Shown here: in pieces, positions 1 to 10,420 of the stretch
How the letters are laid out: every line of letters starts with the position of its first letter
How positions within the stretch are numbered: position 1 is the first letter of the stretch
Virus record (IMG/VR): IMGVR_UViG_3300032007_000010
Length of the DNA: 64,000 nt
Source: a virus
Lineage: Duplodnaviria; Caudoviricetes
Reading direction: 5' to 3' (one strand)
Translations under genes and position numbers: made by a program
The notes under the pieces: model-generated
The model's input: the letters and a program-made list of their open reading frames with translations, nothing else
What the model was told of the DNA's origin: nothing
Database searches by the model: none

Positions 1-34
1 TTATATCCTACCAGAAAAGGAGGTTAGCTGATCC

Positions 35-3000
35 ATGCTAATCAATAAACGCAATGGTGCACAAGTTGACTTTGACCGCGAAAAGATTGTACAGGCGATT
101 AAGCGGGCCAATAATTCCGTCGATGTTTCCGAACGGTTAGGCGACGCGGTCATTGATGAGATCGCCAACACCATTGAACACAGATGCCAGAACATTGGGC
201 ACATTCCCACGGTCGAAGAAGTACAGGACATGGTCATCAAGGACATCCAGCGCTACGGTGCCTTCGACCTTGCTACCAGCTACACCATATATCGGTACCA
301 GAGGAGCCTCGTGCGGGCGGGCAACACCATCGACAAGAAGATCTTCAGTATTCTGGAAGGTACCAACGAGGAAGCTCGCACCGAAAACTCCAACAAAAAC
401 ATTGACATCGCACCCGTGCAGAGAGATTATATGGCCGGTGAGGTGAATCGTGACATCACCGAACGCATTCTCCTGCCCAAAGAAATCATCGCCGAACACA
501 AGAAAGGCGCCATCCATTTCCATGACAGCGACTTTTTCGGCCAGAAGATTCACAACTGCGCACTCATCAATATTGACGACATGCTTCAGCATGGGACAGT
601 CATCACGGACACCAAGATCGAGAAACCTCATTCCTTTGCAACAGCCTGTAACATCATGACCCAGATTGTGATGCAGGTTGCTTCCTGCCAGTATGGTGGT
701 CAGACAGTGTCTTTGTCGCATGTGGCCCCATTCGTTGACATTTCCCGTCAGAAGATTCGCAAGAATCTCCTCGCCGAGAACGAAGAGTCTGGTACGACAA
801 TGAATGAAGAGCAGGTTGAAAAGCATGTTCAGATTCGACTCGCGCGTGAGATCGAGGCCGGCGTGCAGACGATTCAGTACCAGCTTTTGACCATGATGAC
901 AACCAACGGGCAAACGCCCTTTGTCTCGGTTGCCGCATATCTCAACGAAGCTGATGATGTGGCTCGGGTAAACGGTCTTGATCCGGTAGTTCTTCGCCAG
1001 GATCTTGCCATGATCATCGAAGAGGTGCTCAAGCAGCGCTACCAGGGCATCAAAAACAAGGAGGGTGTCTGGATCTCTCCGCCGTTCCCGAAGATCCTAT
1101 ACTTCCTCGAGGACGATAACAACAAACCCGGCACCAAGTACTGGTACCTCACCGAACTGGCTGCCAAGTGCTCGATCAAACGTCTGACTCCCGATTACAT
1201 CTCCGAGAAACAGATCAAGGAGCAGAAAATCAATGCGATCGGCCAGCACGACTCATACCCCTGCATAAACAAAACCTGTGCCTGATAATGGTGACATTAT
1301 CAGCAAACTCATCTAAAAGGAGAAAGTCCTGATCATTGTGACATGGATCAGGATCACTTACCTTACTAAATTGATTGATAGCACCAAACCAATCATAAAA
1401 GTCTAACGACTATCGAAAGCATGTATATTCGAGAAATACGGTATTCATAGCAAGTAGAGTAGGGCCGCAAGCTAATGGCGGTACGGCATTGGGAAAGTAA
1501 GTCCGTTCAAATCGAAAAGATGAGACGTCTGGATCACGGTAAACAGTGACCAGCGTGTGATATAGTCTGATATCCCATGGTAACATGGGGAAGTTCATGA
1601 GAGAACTGCGTGATGTTGCGAATCACGTGAACATTTATGGGGATGTCGCAGCTTCTTGACTCCGGATCGAATGGTCGGCACTGGCATCGGTAATGTGGCC
1701 AATGCTGGCAATTACGAGGCTGACCACGGTAAATACTATGGACGGTTGACTACAAAGGTTGAGCCGTCGATAAACCATGTGAACATCCAGATGGATGGTG
1801 TGTGCGATGTTAATATCTGCATGCTAACGGTATCACTTACAATAAGTCGAAAGACGAATGCGGTGACTAAGAGAGCCTGAAGCCTCCGACGAGGCCATAT
1901 GGGAATACCGTGCCAATAACCGGATGGGAACGTCCGGGGACGGGTGTAGAGACTATCGAAAACTATAGAAAGCTTGTCGAGGACTACAATGCGTTAAATC
2001 TATAGTTAGTAGAGTAGGAGTGGTATCAAGACCACATGGTCATCAAATGTCCAATGATGATCACCCAAGCGCATGGATCAGCAAATAGCTGATAAGAGAT
2101 AGTCCAATTATCGACGTCTGATTATCAACCAAGGCGTCGTCACGATCAATCTCCCCTATACCGCAATGGAATCCGACGGTGATATGGATAAGTTCTGGAA
2201 ACTCTTTGATGAGAGACTTGAGCTGTGCCACCGTGCTCTGCGCATTCGCCACGAGAGACTTCTCGGGACTCCGAGTGACATGGCGCCCATCATGTGGCAG
2301 CATGGTGCGCTTGCCCGTCTGAAACCCGGCGAAACCATCGACAAGCTTCTCTACGATGGATACTCCACCATTTCGCTCGGCTATGCCGGACTCTATGAGT
2401 GTGTCAAGTACATGACCGGGGAATCCCACACCAATCCCAATGTTGGCAAGCCCTTTGCGCTCAAGGTCATGAAATACATGAATGATAAGTGCAAGGAATG
2501 GAAGCTCGCCGAGAACATCGACTACTCTTTGTATGGAACACCCATCGAGAGTACGACCTATAAGTTCGCGAAGGCGCTCCAGCGTGATTTCGGCATCGTC
2601 GAAGATGTTTCTGATCACGGATATGTGACCAACAGCTACCATCAACGTTAAGGTGGCAGTGTGTCGTGAGGCATGCTGATAAAATCAAGTGAACCCGTAC
2701 ATGCGGGGTGTGTTCAGGACTGTGAGTTCTGAATGCTAACGGTATCAGCGGAACTAAGACAGGCTATGTGACAATCATAGCCCCCGATTCATAATCGGGT
2801 CCGGGCGAATATGCTGACTAAGAGAGCCTGAAGGTCCTAATAAATAGGATAGCTGGGTGATACCGTGCTAAGGTTCTATTGTACAATAGGACAAAGTGTA
2901 ACGACTAACCGGGGTAGCGCCCGAGAGGAGTCCGGTGAAAGTCCGGCTCCGTAGGACTTGAGGTCTGCATGAGCAGATTGTGAGATAGTCTATTCCCCTA

Positions 3001-3450
3001 ATAAATATCGGGAAACCGAGGGTACTAAAGGTTAACGTTAGAGAGCAGATTTCTGCCTTCGATAAACTGCGTTTTGAGGCCGAGTTCCAGAAGCTCAGTC
3101 CCGGCGGTCAGATTTCCTACGTTGAGGTCCCGAACATGTCGAACAATATCGACGCAGTGCTGGACATCATCCGCTACATCGACGATAACATCATGTATGC
3201 GGAGCTCAACACGAAGTCTGACTACTGTCACGAATGCGGCTTCGATGGAGAGATTCTCATCAAGGAAGACAACGGCCAACTCATCTGGGAGTGTCCACAG
3301 TGTGGTAACCGCGATCAGAAGAAGATGAACGTGGCGAGACGCACGTGCGGATACATCGGAACCCAGTGGTGGAACCAGGGACGCACCGAGGAGATCCGCG
3401 ACCGCGTGCTCCACGTGTCCATCCCTGAGGTTGGCAATCCAAACGAGTAG
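35..3450 (+). CDS. nrdD: Anaerobic (class III) ribonucleoside-triphosphate reductase, spliced: join(35..1266,1640..1746,2125..2642,3031..3450), 758 aa
   Basis: N-terminal ATP cone (KRNG..FDREKI), IHFHD, HNCAL, QYGGQ. Joining the exons restores YPC-M-GCRSFL, YYGR-F-NQGVVTINL and TNSYH-VNV. C-terminal CxxC/CxxC and the RTCGYI glycyl-radical motif are present. Exon lengths sum to 2277 nt, in frame. Confidence 0.95.
1267..1639 (+). ncRNA. Group I intron 1 in nrdD (373 nt, no ORF)
   Basis: 5' exon ends in U (TGC AT|), intron ends in G, and splicing restores ATG GGA TGT (MGC). P7 strands AACGACTA (~1406) and ATAGTCT (~1562). P1 GCAT/GTGC with a U-G pair. Confidence 0.9.
1747..2124 (+). ncRNA. Group I intron 2 in nrdD (378 nt, no ORF), apparent terminal A
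   Basis: P1: exon GACGGT pairs with GCCGTC (U-G at 1746). P10: GGTTGA pairs with 3' exon TCAACC (2125-2130). P7 GAGACTA/TAGTCC. Splicing restores T|TC (Phe) in GRFNQG. Confidence 0.88.
2643..3030 (+). ncRNA. Group I intron 3 in nrdD (388 nt, no ORF)
   Basis: 5' exon ends CAT (U), intron ends G3030. P10 AACGTTAA pairs with TTAACGTT. P7 AACGACTA/ATAGTCT. Splicing restores SYH|VNVREQ. Confidence 0.9.
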
Positions 3451-3461
3451 GTTCAAACAAA

Positions 3462-3497
3462 AGAGATGGAGCTGGGTTATCCCCGGCTCCATCTTTC
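3462..3497 (+). terminator. Hairpin between nrdD and nrdG
   Basis: AGATGGAGCTGGG-ttatc-CCCGGCTCCATCT followed by a short T run. Confidence 0.45.
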
Positions 3498-3517
3498 ATA
3501 TCACAGGAGGTGAAATT

Positions 3518-4057
3518 GTGCACTACGGTCAAATATTCGATGCGGACGTGGCAAATGGTCCCGGCTTCCGGGTGTCGGTCTTTGTGTCAGGTTGTCGCAA
3601 TCATTGTCCCGGATGTTTTCAGCCAGAAACCTGGGACTTCAACTATGGCAAGGAGTGGAACGACGATGTGATGCGGCGGGTTGTGGAGATGCTATGTCCG
3701 GGGCACATCCGCGGGCTCACGGTGCTTGGTGGAGATCCCTTTGAGCCCGAAAACATATTTCAGGTAACCCAGCTCATGACTCATGTGAGAAACGCGTATC
3801 AAAACAAAGACATCTGGGTCTACACCGGCTATACCTATGAATATCTCCGAAACATTCAAAGGTATCATCCGAGCGTCGATCAGTCGCTGGTTGATTCCAT
3901 GCTTTCATGTATTGATGTGCTCGTTGATGGTCCCTTTGTCGAAGCTCAGAAGGATCTCACTCTCACCTTCCGCGGTTCTCGCAATCAGCGTCTCATCAAT
4001 CTACGAGCCATGCGCGAAACAGGCAATCTCAATGAGATTCGTCTCTGGGAAGAGTGA
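3518..4057 (+). CDS. nrdG: Anaerobic RNR activating protein (radical SAM)
   Basis: DVANGPGFRVSVFVSGCRNHCPGC (CxxxCxxC), LGGDP, DVLVDGPF, FRGSRNQR. GTG start after AGGAGG, directly downstream of nrdD. Confidence 0.95.
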   Translation: MHYGQIFDADVANGPGFRVSVFVSGCRNHCPGCFQPETWDFNYGKEWNDDVMRRVVEMLCPGHIRGLTVLGGDPFEPENIFQVTQLMTHVRNAYQNKDIWVYTGYTYEYLRNIQRYHPSVDQSLVDSMLSCIDVLVDGPFVEAQKDLTLTFRGSRNQRLINLRAMRETGNLNEIRLWEE

Positions 4058-4068
4058 ACACCTCTATA
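4057..4068 (+). promoter_or_regulatory. Late-type promoter (A/G/T)ACA-N4-TATA, representative copy
   Basis: Also at 5101, 8275, 12737, 22179(-), 23702, 28406, 28970, 32317, 45954, 46005, 47833, 52719, 54137, all close upstream of gene starts. Confidence 0.7.
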
Positions 4069-4075
4069 ATGTGAG

Positions 4076-4987
4076 GTGATAAAGATTATGCAAACCTTCC
4101 GTCTTGATAAGGAAAAGGCCTATGTTGATGCATATGCGATGGAATACTATGTCCCATATCACATGCTCGACAAGGCCTACCGTGGATACAAGTACTATGA
4201 ACTTGCCGGAACCAAGGTGAAGTTCTTCGGCGTTGGAAATATGCGCTTCTTTGCTTCGGAGAAAGCCATGGAGGATCCTTTTTCTTCCAAGGTGTATACC
4301 CTAGGGGTACCGATGATGCTTGTCTGCGAACCCTCCGACATTTCGGTGCGCGATGTGAAGTTCACCAAGGGTGGCAAACCGCGCAAGAGTGTCGTGCTCA
4401 CCTTCTATCGCAACGATATCTTCGTGGACAATCTCAATCTTCTCCAGAACGGCAACAACGTCATGGTCCTAATGAATCTCATCGAATCTGGAAAACTTGA
4501 CAATGTGCTTCCGGATGATGCGGCGGAAATCTTCCGTGATGTGCAACTCATGAATAAGAGTAAACTGAGGATTCCGCCGGAGGAAGAGGAGATTATGATC
4601 TCCGAGCGCTATCGTGATCCGTCCAACCACATGCGAAAAGCGCGCTATCACGAAGGGCCGTTCGTTTCTCCGGATGAGCTTGTGTCGCTGAACATGCGTC
4701 AGGAGGCCATGTCTTCCACCACATACCAGGCAATCACTCATGAGGATATCAACACATCGTTGATTTCTTCGGTGAATCGAAAGAGGGCCGGCATAGTTGA
4801 TGAACCGACACCGTCCGAGGCTGTGGTTCGTAATATCACAAGCGAGCTCGACCGCATGACCAAGGAACGCGATGAACGCAACGCCGAACGTGAAAAGGTG
4901 GCAAAAGAAAAGGCTGCCGAGAATGCCAAGGATCGAGAGATCCAAGACCAAGAAAAAGAAACGACAAACGAGAAGCAGGAGGGGTGA
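4076..4987 (+). CDS. Hypothetical phage protein (late-type promoter)
   Basis: 303-aa ORF with typical codon usage, preceded by AACA-N6-TA at 4057. Confidence 0.7.
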   Translation: MIKIMQTFRLDKEKAYVDAYAMEYYVPYHMLDKAYRGYKYYELAGTKVKFFGVGNMRFFASEKAMEDPFSSKVYTLGVPMMLVCEPSDISVRDVKFTKGGKPRKSVVLTFYRNDIFVDNLNLLQNGNNVMVLMNLIESGKLDNVLPDDAAEIFRDVQLMNKSKLRIPPEEEEIMISERYRDPSNHMRKARYHEGPFVSPDELVSLNMRQEAMSSTTYQAITHEDINTSLISSVNRKRAGIVDEPTPSEAVVRNITSELDRMTKERDERNAEREKVAKEKAAENAKDREIQDQEKETTNEKQEG

Positions 4988-5238
4988 CCCTCCTGCTTCT
5001 TTTCATCCAATCCACAGCGCTACTCATCAGCCCTCGGTATTCCGTTGACCGGGTACACGTTGGAATATATAAATGTCCTGATGCAGAACAGATTTACGCA
5101 AACATGAGTATAAGGGTATTATGTATCCGGAACAATGAGGGTAACATTGTCTCGGACAACAACCTTCCAGCTCTATATGTTTTCATTTTTTGCAAAGAAT
5201 GAATACCACAAATCTATCAAAAGGAGGTAGACGTAGAA

Positions 5239-7212
5239 ATGCTCGTTTTGTCTTCCGAGAATAGCTCCTATCTGTTTTCGCAGATGAGCGTCAAGGTAAC
5301 CGACAACACCGTCGTGCCTGACGAAGAAACGACTTCCTACACCCAGGTTCCCAACTTCTGCCTTCTCGTGCCGACGGTGCAGGACGCTGGTCCCACTAAC
5401 CAGATGGACCTGTACTATCCCGATGAGCTTGTGCGTTATCAGAAGACCTACGGCAAGCCCAACTGCACGAAGTATGGCTTCGGCCCGGATCTGATCAATG
5501 ATTTGCTTCAGATGAATCTGAACGACATCGGTATCTGGACTGTGAACCTCCGCGATGAGAATGCGCGCAAGGCTAACGCGGTCGTGCTCATGAAATATCG
5601 CGTTGCCGAGAACGAGGCGTACACCGACGCCGATGGTAACCAGTACTACTACGATGAGAATGGTCAGCTCACCACCGAGGAAACAACCGGCGGCAAGGCC
5701 AACACCCCGATCATCCGGGATGTCATGCATGTCAAGTTCTCCACCGCCACAGTGGCGGGCACCGTCAATGCCGATGGCACCGTCAGTGGCGGCATCACCA
5801 AGTGGACCGATCTCATCACCGCCATGAACAACATGGCCACCGAAACTCCCGACGACGATGGCTACAAGACCATTCCGGTCTTTGCGGTCATGTACAACGG
5901 CGCATCCACCTTCGGCAACAACACCTACATGAACCTTGTCCCGAAGATGGCTGAGTACGATGGCAACATGTACTACGACATCACCGCCTTCGATGGTATC
6001 AACACGTCCACTGCTTCTATGCTGTCCCTGGACATCAACAGCGGGGCTGTTTATAATACCACCTACTTCATGGAGACACTCTTTAACAATCAGTTCAAGA
6101 ATCTCCACATGGTGGCGTTCGACGGTATCGAAGAGCTCTATGAGCTTGTCAATAAGTACATGTACACGCTCAACGATTACATCGTTGCGCCGATCGATGA
6201 GGCGACTGGCAAGCGTGTGATCACTCCGTCCAAGAGCTTCACGCAGGTCGACATCTTCAATGCGGCCGAGTTCGCATTCACCGTCGACGAGGGCAGCCTC
6301 AACGTCAAGGCCACCGCCGGCATCAAGCTCGCGAGCGGCACCGATGGCAAGAAGACTCGCGACGAGCTCTTCGCCGACTTCTTCAACGCCAAGATTGTCG
6401 AGGATGTCAACAGCGTCCTTCGCTATCAGTTCAACTATGTGCCGTCGCTCGGCTACGATGCCAACACGAAGCTCTCCATCGTCGAGTTCATCAAGAACCG
6501 CAACAACTTCACCGTCGGCATGCTCGAGATGGGTTCCACCACCGGCACCTTCGAAAGTGCTATCGTGGATCGTCAGGCTAACTTCTACGAAGACATGCCC
6601 GATATCCACATGATCGCCGCTTGCCAGGGCGCGATGATGTTCAACCCCTACATCCGTCGCACGGTTCAGTATCCGGTCGGTTATCTGGATACCATTGCGC
6701 TGATCCGCAACATCCAGGGCTACGGCAATCCGTATAATCCGGGCGCCGGCGCTGACTTCCGCATTACCGGCTACATCGAGGATACCATGAAGTATGCCCC
6801 CGAGAAGGTGGATCTGGCGAATTCTCTCCAGAAGAACCGCATCAACGTCTACATGAAGGACAACCGCGAGGGCGGCTACAAGTCCGATCAGCTCATGAAC
6901 ACGCTGCTGCTCTCGGATCGCACCGAGCTCAACAACTCCTTCATCATCAGTTCGATGCTCTATGACCTGCTCTATCTGGTTCACGTGAATCACTTCAAGT
7001 TCAATGAGGCCGCCGAGGTTCGTCGCTTCAACACCAACGTCGACGAGACGATCAACAAGAAGTATGCCGAATTCTCCGCGTCCATGAGCTGCGAGGTCTA
7101 TCGTGCCGGCACCAGTGGTCGTGCGCGCTATCGGAACAAGATCAAGGTCACCGTTGATCTCAAGGATATCAACAAACAGACCGACGTCGAGATTGTTCTC
7201 GAGGATAACTAA
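5239..7212 (+). CDS. Probable tail sheath protein
   Basis: 657 aa, strongly biased codons, AGGAGG RBS, late promoter at 5101. C-terminus (NRINVY..QLMN..LNN..FNE..IKVTVDL..EIVL) resembles the contractile sheath C-domain, and a tube-sized gene follows. Confidence 0.65.
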   Translation: MLVLSSENSSYLFSQMSVKVTDNTVVPDEETTSYTQVPNFCLLVPTVQDAGPTNQMDLYYPDELVRYQKTYGKPNCTKYGFGPDLINDLLQMNLNDIGIWTVNLRDENARKANAVVLMKYRVAENEAYTDADGNQYYYDENGQLTTEETTGGKANTPIIRDVMHVKFSTATVAGTVNADGTVSGGITKWTDLITAMNNMATETPDDDGYKTIPVFAVMYNGASTFGNNTYMNLVPKMAEYDGNMYYDITAFDGINTSTASMLSLDINSGAVYNTTYFMETLFNNQFKNLHMVAFDGIEELYELVNKYMYTLNDYIVAPIDEATGKRVITPSKSFTQVDIFNAAEFAFTVDEGSLNVKATAGIKLASGTDGKKTRDELFADFFNAKIVEDVNSVLRYQFNYVPSLGYDANTKLSIVEFIKNRNNFTVGMLEMGSTTGTFESAIVDRQANFYEDMPDIHMIAACQGAMMFNPYIRRTVQYPVGYLDTIALIRNIQGYGNPYNPGAGADFRITGYIEDTMKYAPEKVDLANSLQKNRINVYMKDNREGGYKSDQLMNTLLLSDRTELNNSFIISSMLYDLLYLVHVNHFKFNEAAEVRRFNTNVDETINKKYAEFSASMSCEVYRAGTSGRARYRNKIKVTVDLKDINKQTDVEIVLEDN

Positions 7213-7230
7213 GAAAGGAGGACATGACAT

Positions 7231-8211
7231 ATGGCAACAAGAGAAATTGGCCCCAATCCCAATCCGCTCTATACCACCAATGAAGATGGGAAGCTGAAGT
7301 GGGGCGATCGTATTCAGCAGTCCACGATCTATGATGCTGAGTCTCAGCTCATCCGTGGCACCATGTCCTTCTCGAAGGATAAGCTCCAGGAACTCGATCC
7401 CTCCTACACGGGCTACACGCACGTTTTCGTTCTACGTCTTCCCGAGTTCATGACCGCCATCGCAGATGGTCGTCTCATGGAGGGCTACGACGGCTACAAG
7501 ACCGGCAAGGATGACAGTGACAAGCTCTCTGCCACCTCTCCGGTAGCCATCGCCCGTGCGCATTGCCGCAACCTCAAGACCCTCTTCGAGCTCGGCTCCA
7601 CCTCCTACAGTGGTACGCCCGATCTCCAGATGCAGGTTTCCCAGGTTGCGACCGGCTTCAACGAGCGCAACTATCCCGCGCCCACCACCGCGGCCTATGA
7701 CAGCACTTCTTTCACGCTGCGCTGCCTCGAAACCCGTGGTGAGCCCCTGCGCCGCGCTCTCGAGTACTACGTCAACGGTGTTACGGATGCCAACGTCAAG
7801 GCCACCATGCTCCACGGTGCCCTCAACGCGGACAAGACCGCGCCGATGGATCCCACGCTGGCGAACTATACGTTCTCTATCATGGTGGTCCAGACTGACC
7901 AGACGAACCTGCGCATCCAGGATATCTCGGTCTGGCCCATGGCGATCGTCACCAATGTCGAGCGTTCCAACTACCTCGACTGGACCAACGGCGAGATCGA
8001 TATCGTGCAGCCGCAGGATGTTCAGTTCTCTGGCGTCTATCTGCCCGATTCGAACAACGAGTACATCACCGCCAAGGCGATGAAGCTCCTCGGTCGTCGC
8101 ATGCGTCTCTATCGCCGCTTCAAGGATTTGACCGCCGATCAGATCGGCATCGATTCCTGGCAGGATGGTGGCGAGTTCGGCTATAATGGTTCGAGCGCCA
8201 CGAGCGACTAA
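7231..8211 (+). CDS. Probable tail tube protein
   Basis: 326 aa, beta-rich, immediately downstream of the putative sheath, high-expression codon bias, followed by a strong terminator. Confidence 0.55.
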   Translation: MATREIGPNPNPLYTTNEDGKLKWGDRIQQSTIYDAESQLIRGTMSFSKDKLQELDPSYTGYTHVFVLRLPEFMTAIADGRLMEGYDGYKTGKDDSDKLSATSPVAIARAHCRNLKTLFELGSTSYSGTPDLQMQVSQVATGFNERNYPAPTTAAYDSTSFTLRCLETRGEPLRRALEYYVNGVTDANVKATMLHGALNADKTAPMDPTLANYTFSIMVVQTDQTNLRIQDISVWPMAIVTNVERSNYLDWTNGEIDIVQPQDVQFSGVYLPDSNNEYITAKAMKLLGRRMRLYRRFKDLTADQIGIDSWQDGGEFGYNGSSATSD

Positions 8212-8227
8212 TCTCAGCACAATGATG

Positions 8228-8257
8228 AAACCCCGGGGCTTCGGCTCCGGGGTTTTT
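8228..8257 (+). terminator. Rho-independent terminator
   Basis: AAACCCCGGGGC-TTCG-GCTCCGGGGTTTTT. Confidence 0.85.
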
Positions 8258-8318
8258 CATTTTATAATTCGTGCTACATGACTATAATTTCACCAGGTTC
8301 AAAGGAGGAAATAATCTC

Positions 8319-8633
8319 ATGACCATCGAAGAACATGCCAAAGCTGTTACCGTACCGGGCACGGTGGTGTTCCATTTCAAGCGTATGCTCTGCACCGACG
8401 AAGAGCTCGCCCGCGAACCAAACATGTATCTCTATCAGGTCATTGGTGTCACAGAACACACCGAAACCAAGGAGCGTCTTGTGACCTATCGTGCGCTCTA
8501 TGGTGATCGTAAGATCTATGCGCGGCCGTACGATATGTTCGTGTCGCCGATCGATCGCGAGCGATACCCCGATTATGATGGAACGCTATACCGCCTGGAT
8601 GTCTGGAATGGGTCTGTGTTTGAAAACAATTAA
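8319..8633 (+). CDS. DUF1653-family protein
   Basis: FHFK...YQVIGVTEHTETKERLVTYRALYG...YARPYDMF signature, AGGAGG RBS. Confidence 0.8.
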   Translation: MTIEEHAKAVTVPGTVVFHFKRMLCTDEELAREPNMYLYQVIGVTEHTETKERLVTYRALYGDRKIYARPYDMFVSPIDRERYPDYDGTLYRLDVWNGSVFENN

Positions 8634-8639
8634 CGAAAG

Positions 8640-9035
8640 GTGGATACTATTACCATGGAACAGATTAAGAAGAAACCGGCCGAGGAAGAAATGCCATTTG
8701 CGGTCGCAAACATACTAATATCATATGTTAACGGGTTCTACGATCTCAATCAGGCCAACGTTGCTCTCAAAGCTTGTGGAGCAAGTTTCCGGATCATCGA
8801 GGGCGAGAACTCTCTTAGCCAGGAAGAGAAGGATGAGGTCTCAATCGCCGGAGGCCCAGATACCGTCACCGGCTGGGGACTTGTGGAAAGCTCAGACGGG
8901 AAGCTTCGCAAAGTTTTCTGCGAAAACGGAACCCTGCGCGACTTTGCATCGCCGATGAATTCTCCGGTTGTCTCATATTTTCTCATTGCGAACCGCATCT
9001 ATCGTGTGCAGGGAGACCTGATTGCTAACCTGTGA
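8640..9035 (+). CDS. Hypothetical protein
   Basis: ORF in the same operon. Confidence 0.6.
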   Translation: MDTITMEQIKKKPAEEEMPFAVANILISYVNGFYDLNQANVALKACGASFRIIEGENSLSQEEKDEVSIAGGPDTVTGWGLVESSDGKLRKVFCENGTLRDFASPMNSPVVSYFLIANRIYRVQGDLIANL

Positions 9036-9115
9036 TCAAATATATATCATAATTAAGAACGGGAGATCCTTTGGGGTCTCCCGTTTTTCATTTTTAACGA
9101 AAGGAATGAGCTATC

Positions 9116-10399
9116 ATGAAAATTTATATGCATGACAGGATGGCGCACGCGTACGTATCCCGAGGCAATCTTATGGATGATTGTCGTTATGCACATATTC
9201 GACATCCGCAAGATTCGATTAAAGAATACGAGCTCAAATGTTCGCCGGAAGAGGAATCGGATCTGCTTTCTCGCATCGAAGCATGTAGGGACGCGGACGA
9301 AGGACGCTGGATAGGTGAGTATAAACCGGAACTCTTCATCCAAATCTACCCCGATCACTGTGCAGATGCGCTCTTCGGGGCACCGCCAAAGGGGACAACG
9401 TTTTCTCTTACCGATACAGGAGGAGAAGCAGTATCACTCAATCTGTTGACGTATCCCGGAATGCCGGAGGATGCCATCATTAAGAATTCGATGATTTTCA
9501 AGAATGATCGAGGATATTATATCCGTGAAATAGTCAATCCGAATTATGATGGACATGGGGACGGCAAGCTACTATTTCTTGATCGTTCCTATCATGGACA
9601 GATCTTGGTACTAGCGCCTGTCGATGTGAAAGTTACGGCAGACAAGGGAAACTACGGATTTTTCATTCCGCAATTTCCTGACCTGTCCTATGACAATCTT
9701 CCTGCAATTCTCGATTATCTCTGGGAAAGGGATATTGATACATCAACGATGATCAAGAAGATCGAGTCTCCGATTTTGGGAACGTTCTATATTTGGAATG
9801 ATCCAGAAGTTGGAAGCTATTCCAGCACCTATCGCATTTTTGTGGAGGGAGAAGATGGTAAAGCGGTTTCTCAGTTCATACTTCTTCTGGACTATGCCAC
9901 CGTCGGAGAGCATTTGGCCAGTTGCTGCGTCTGGGAGAAGAGTTTCGGCGAATTGTTGCTGGAGGATATGTATCTGGATGACTTGGGTCTCAAAGACGGT
10001 TCGGTGTTGGAAGCAATAGAAAAGCAATTTCATCACTGCAAATTCCTGCACGAGCGTCGCAACGATTCCGGTACCAGTTCTCTTGATATATTCCGGAAAT
10101 ATTATCCGAATGAATCGCACAGAATTCTCGGAGCTTACTGGAAAAAGGATATGGACAAGCGGTTTGGCATTCGTTTTCTTGATGAAGCTATCGTTGATGG
10201 GGCCATCGTTCCGTATGAATGCATTCCTGAGGGGACCGTCGCATTCGGTTTTGAACCGGAGAATTTCACCGCATTCATTCATATTGGAAGGGATGAATTT
10301 TTTAAGCTCATCGGCTATGTTTCTGAGGTAAATGAAAATGCGGAGGAGAATATCCAAAGCAAGATCGATGCGGGTAAAATCAAATTGGCTAAGATCTAA
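9116..10399 (+). CDS. Hypothetical protein (early-type promoter)
   Basis: 427-aa ORF with RBS, TATATATCATA at 9041. Confidence 0.7.
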   Translation: MKIYMHDRMAHAYVSRGNLMDDCRYAHIRHPQDSIKEYELKCSPEEESDLLSRIEACRDADEGRWIGEYKPELFIQIYPDHCADALFGAPPKGTTFSLTDTGGEAVSLNLLTYPGMPEDAIIKNSMIFKNDRGYYIREIVNPNYDGHGDGKLLFLDRSYHGQILVLAPVDVKVTADKGNYGFFIPQFPDLSYDNLPAILDYLWERDIDTSTMIKKIESPILGTFYIWNDPEVGSYSSTYRIFVEGEDGKAVSQFILLLDYATVGEHLASCCVWEKSFGELLLEDMYLDDLGLKDGSVLEAIEKQFHHCKFLHERRNDSGTSSLDIFRKYYPNESHRILGAYWKKDMDKRFGIRFLDEAIVDGAIVPYECIPEGTVAFGFEPENFTAFIHIGRDEFFKLIGYVSEVNENAEENIQSKIDAGKIKLAKI

Positions 10400-10420
10400 T
10401 CTAATATGGGAGGATAAAAT

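Noticed and set aside
1265-3135. nrdD as a fragmented pseudogene or stop-codon-recoded gene
   Set aside because: The gaps carry group I P1/P7/P10 elements and precise removal restores the frame; other genes read normally in code 11
3431-3517. N-terminal extensions given by the ORF track (nrdG from 3431, RNAP from 28888, 55900, 52616, 46463)
   Set aside because: They run through terminators and promoters; downstream starts have proper RBSs
4984-5238. Possible ncRNA upstream of the sheath gene
   Set aside because: Explained by a terminator-like hairpin, a late promoter (5101) and a leader; no recognisable RNA family
5173-8220. Long minus-strand ORFs (749 aa, 262 aa) and similar ones opposite other genes (13891-15012, 19083-20498, 23755-24819, 50631-52004)
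   Set aside because: Antisense shadows produced by strong NNC codon bias in the real plus-strand genes; no RBS or motifs
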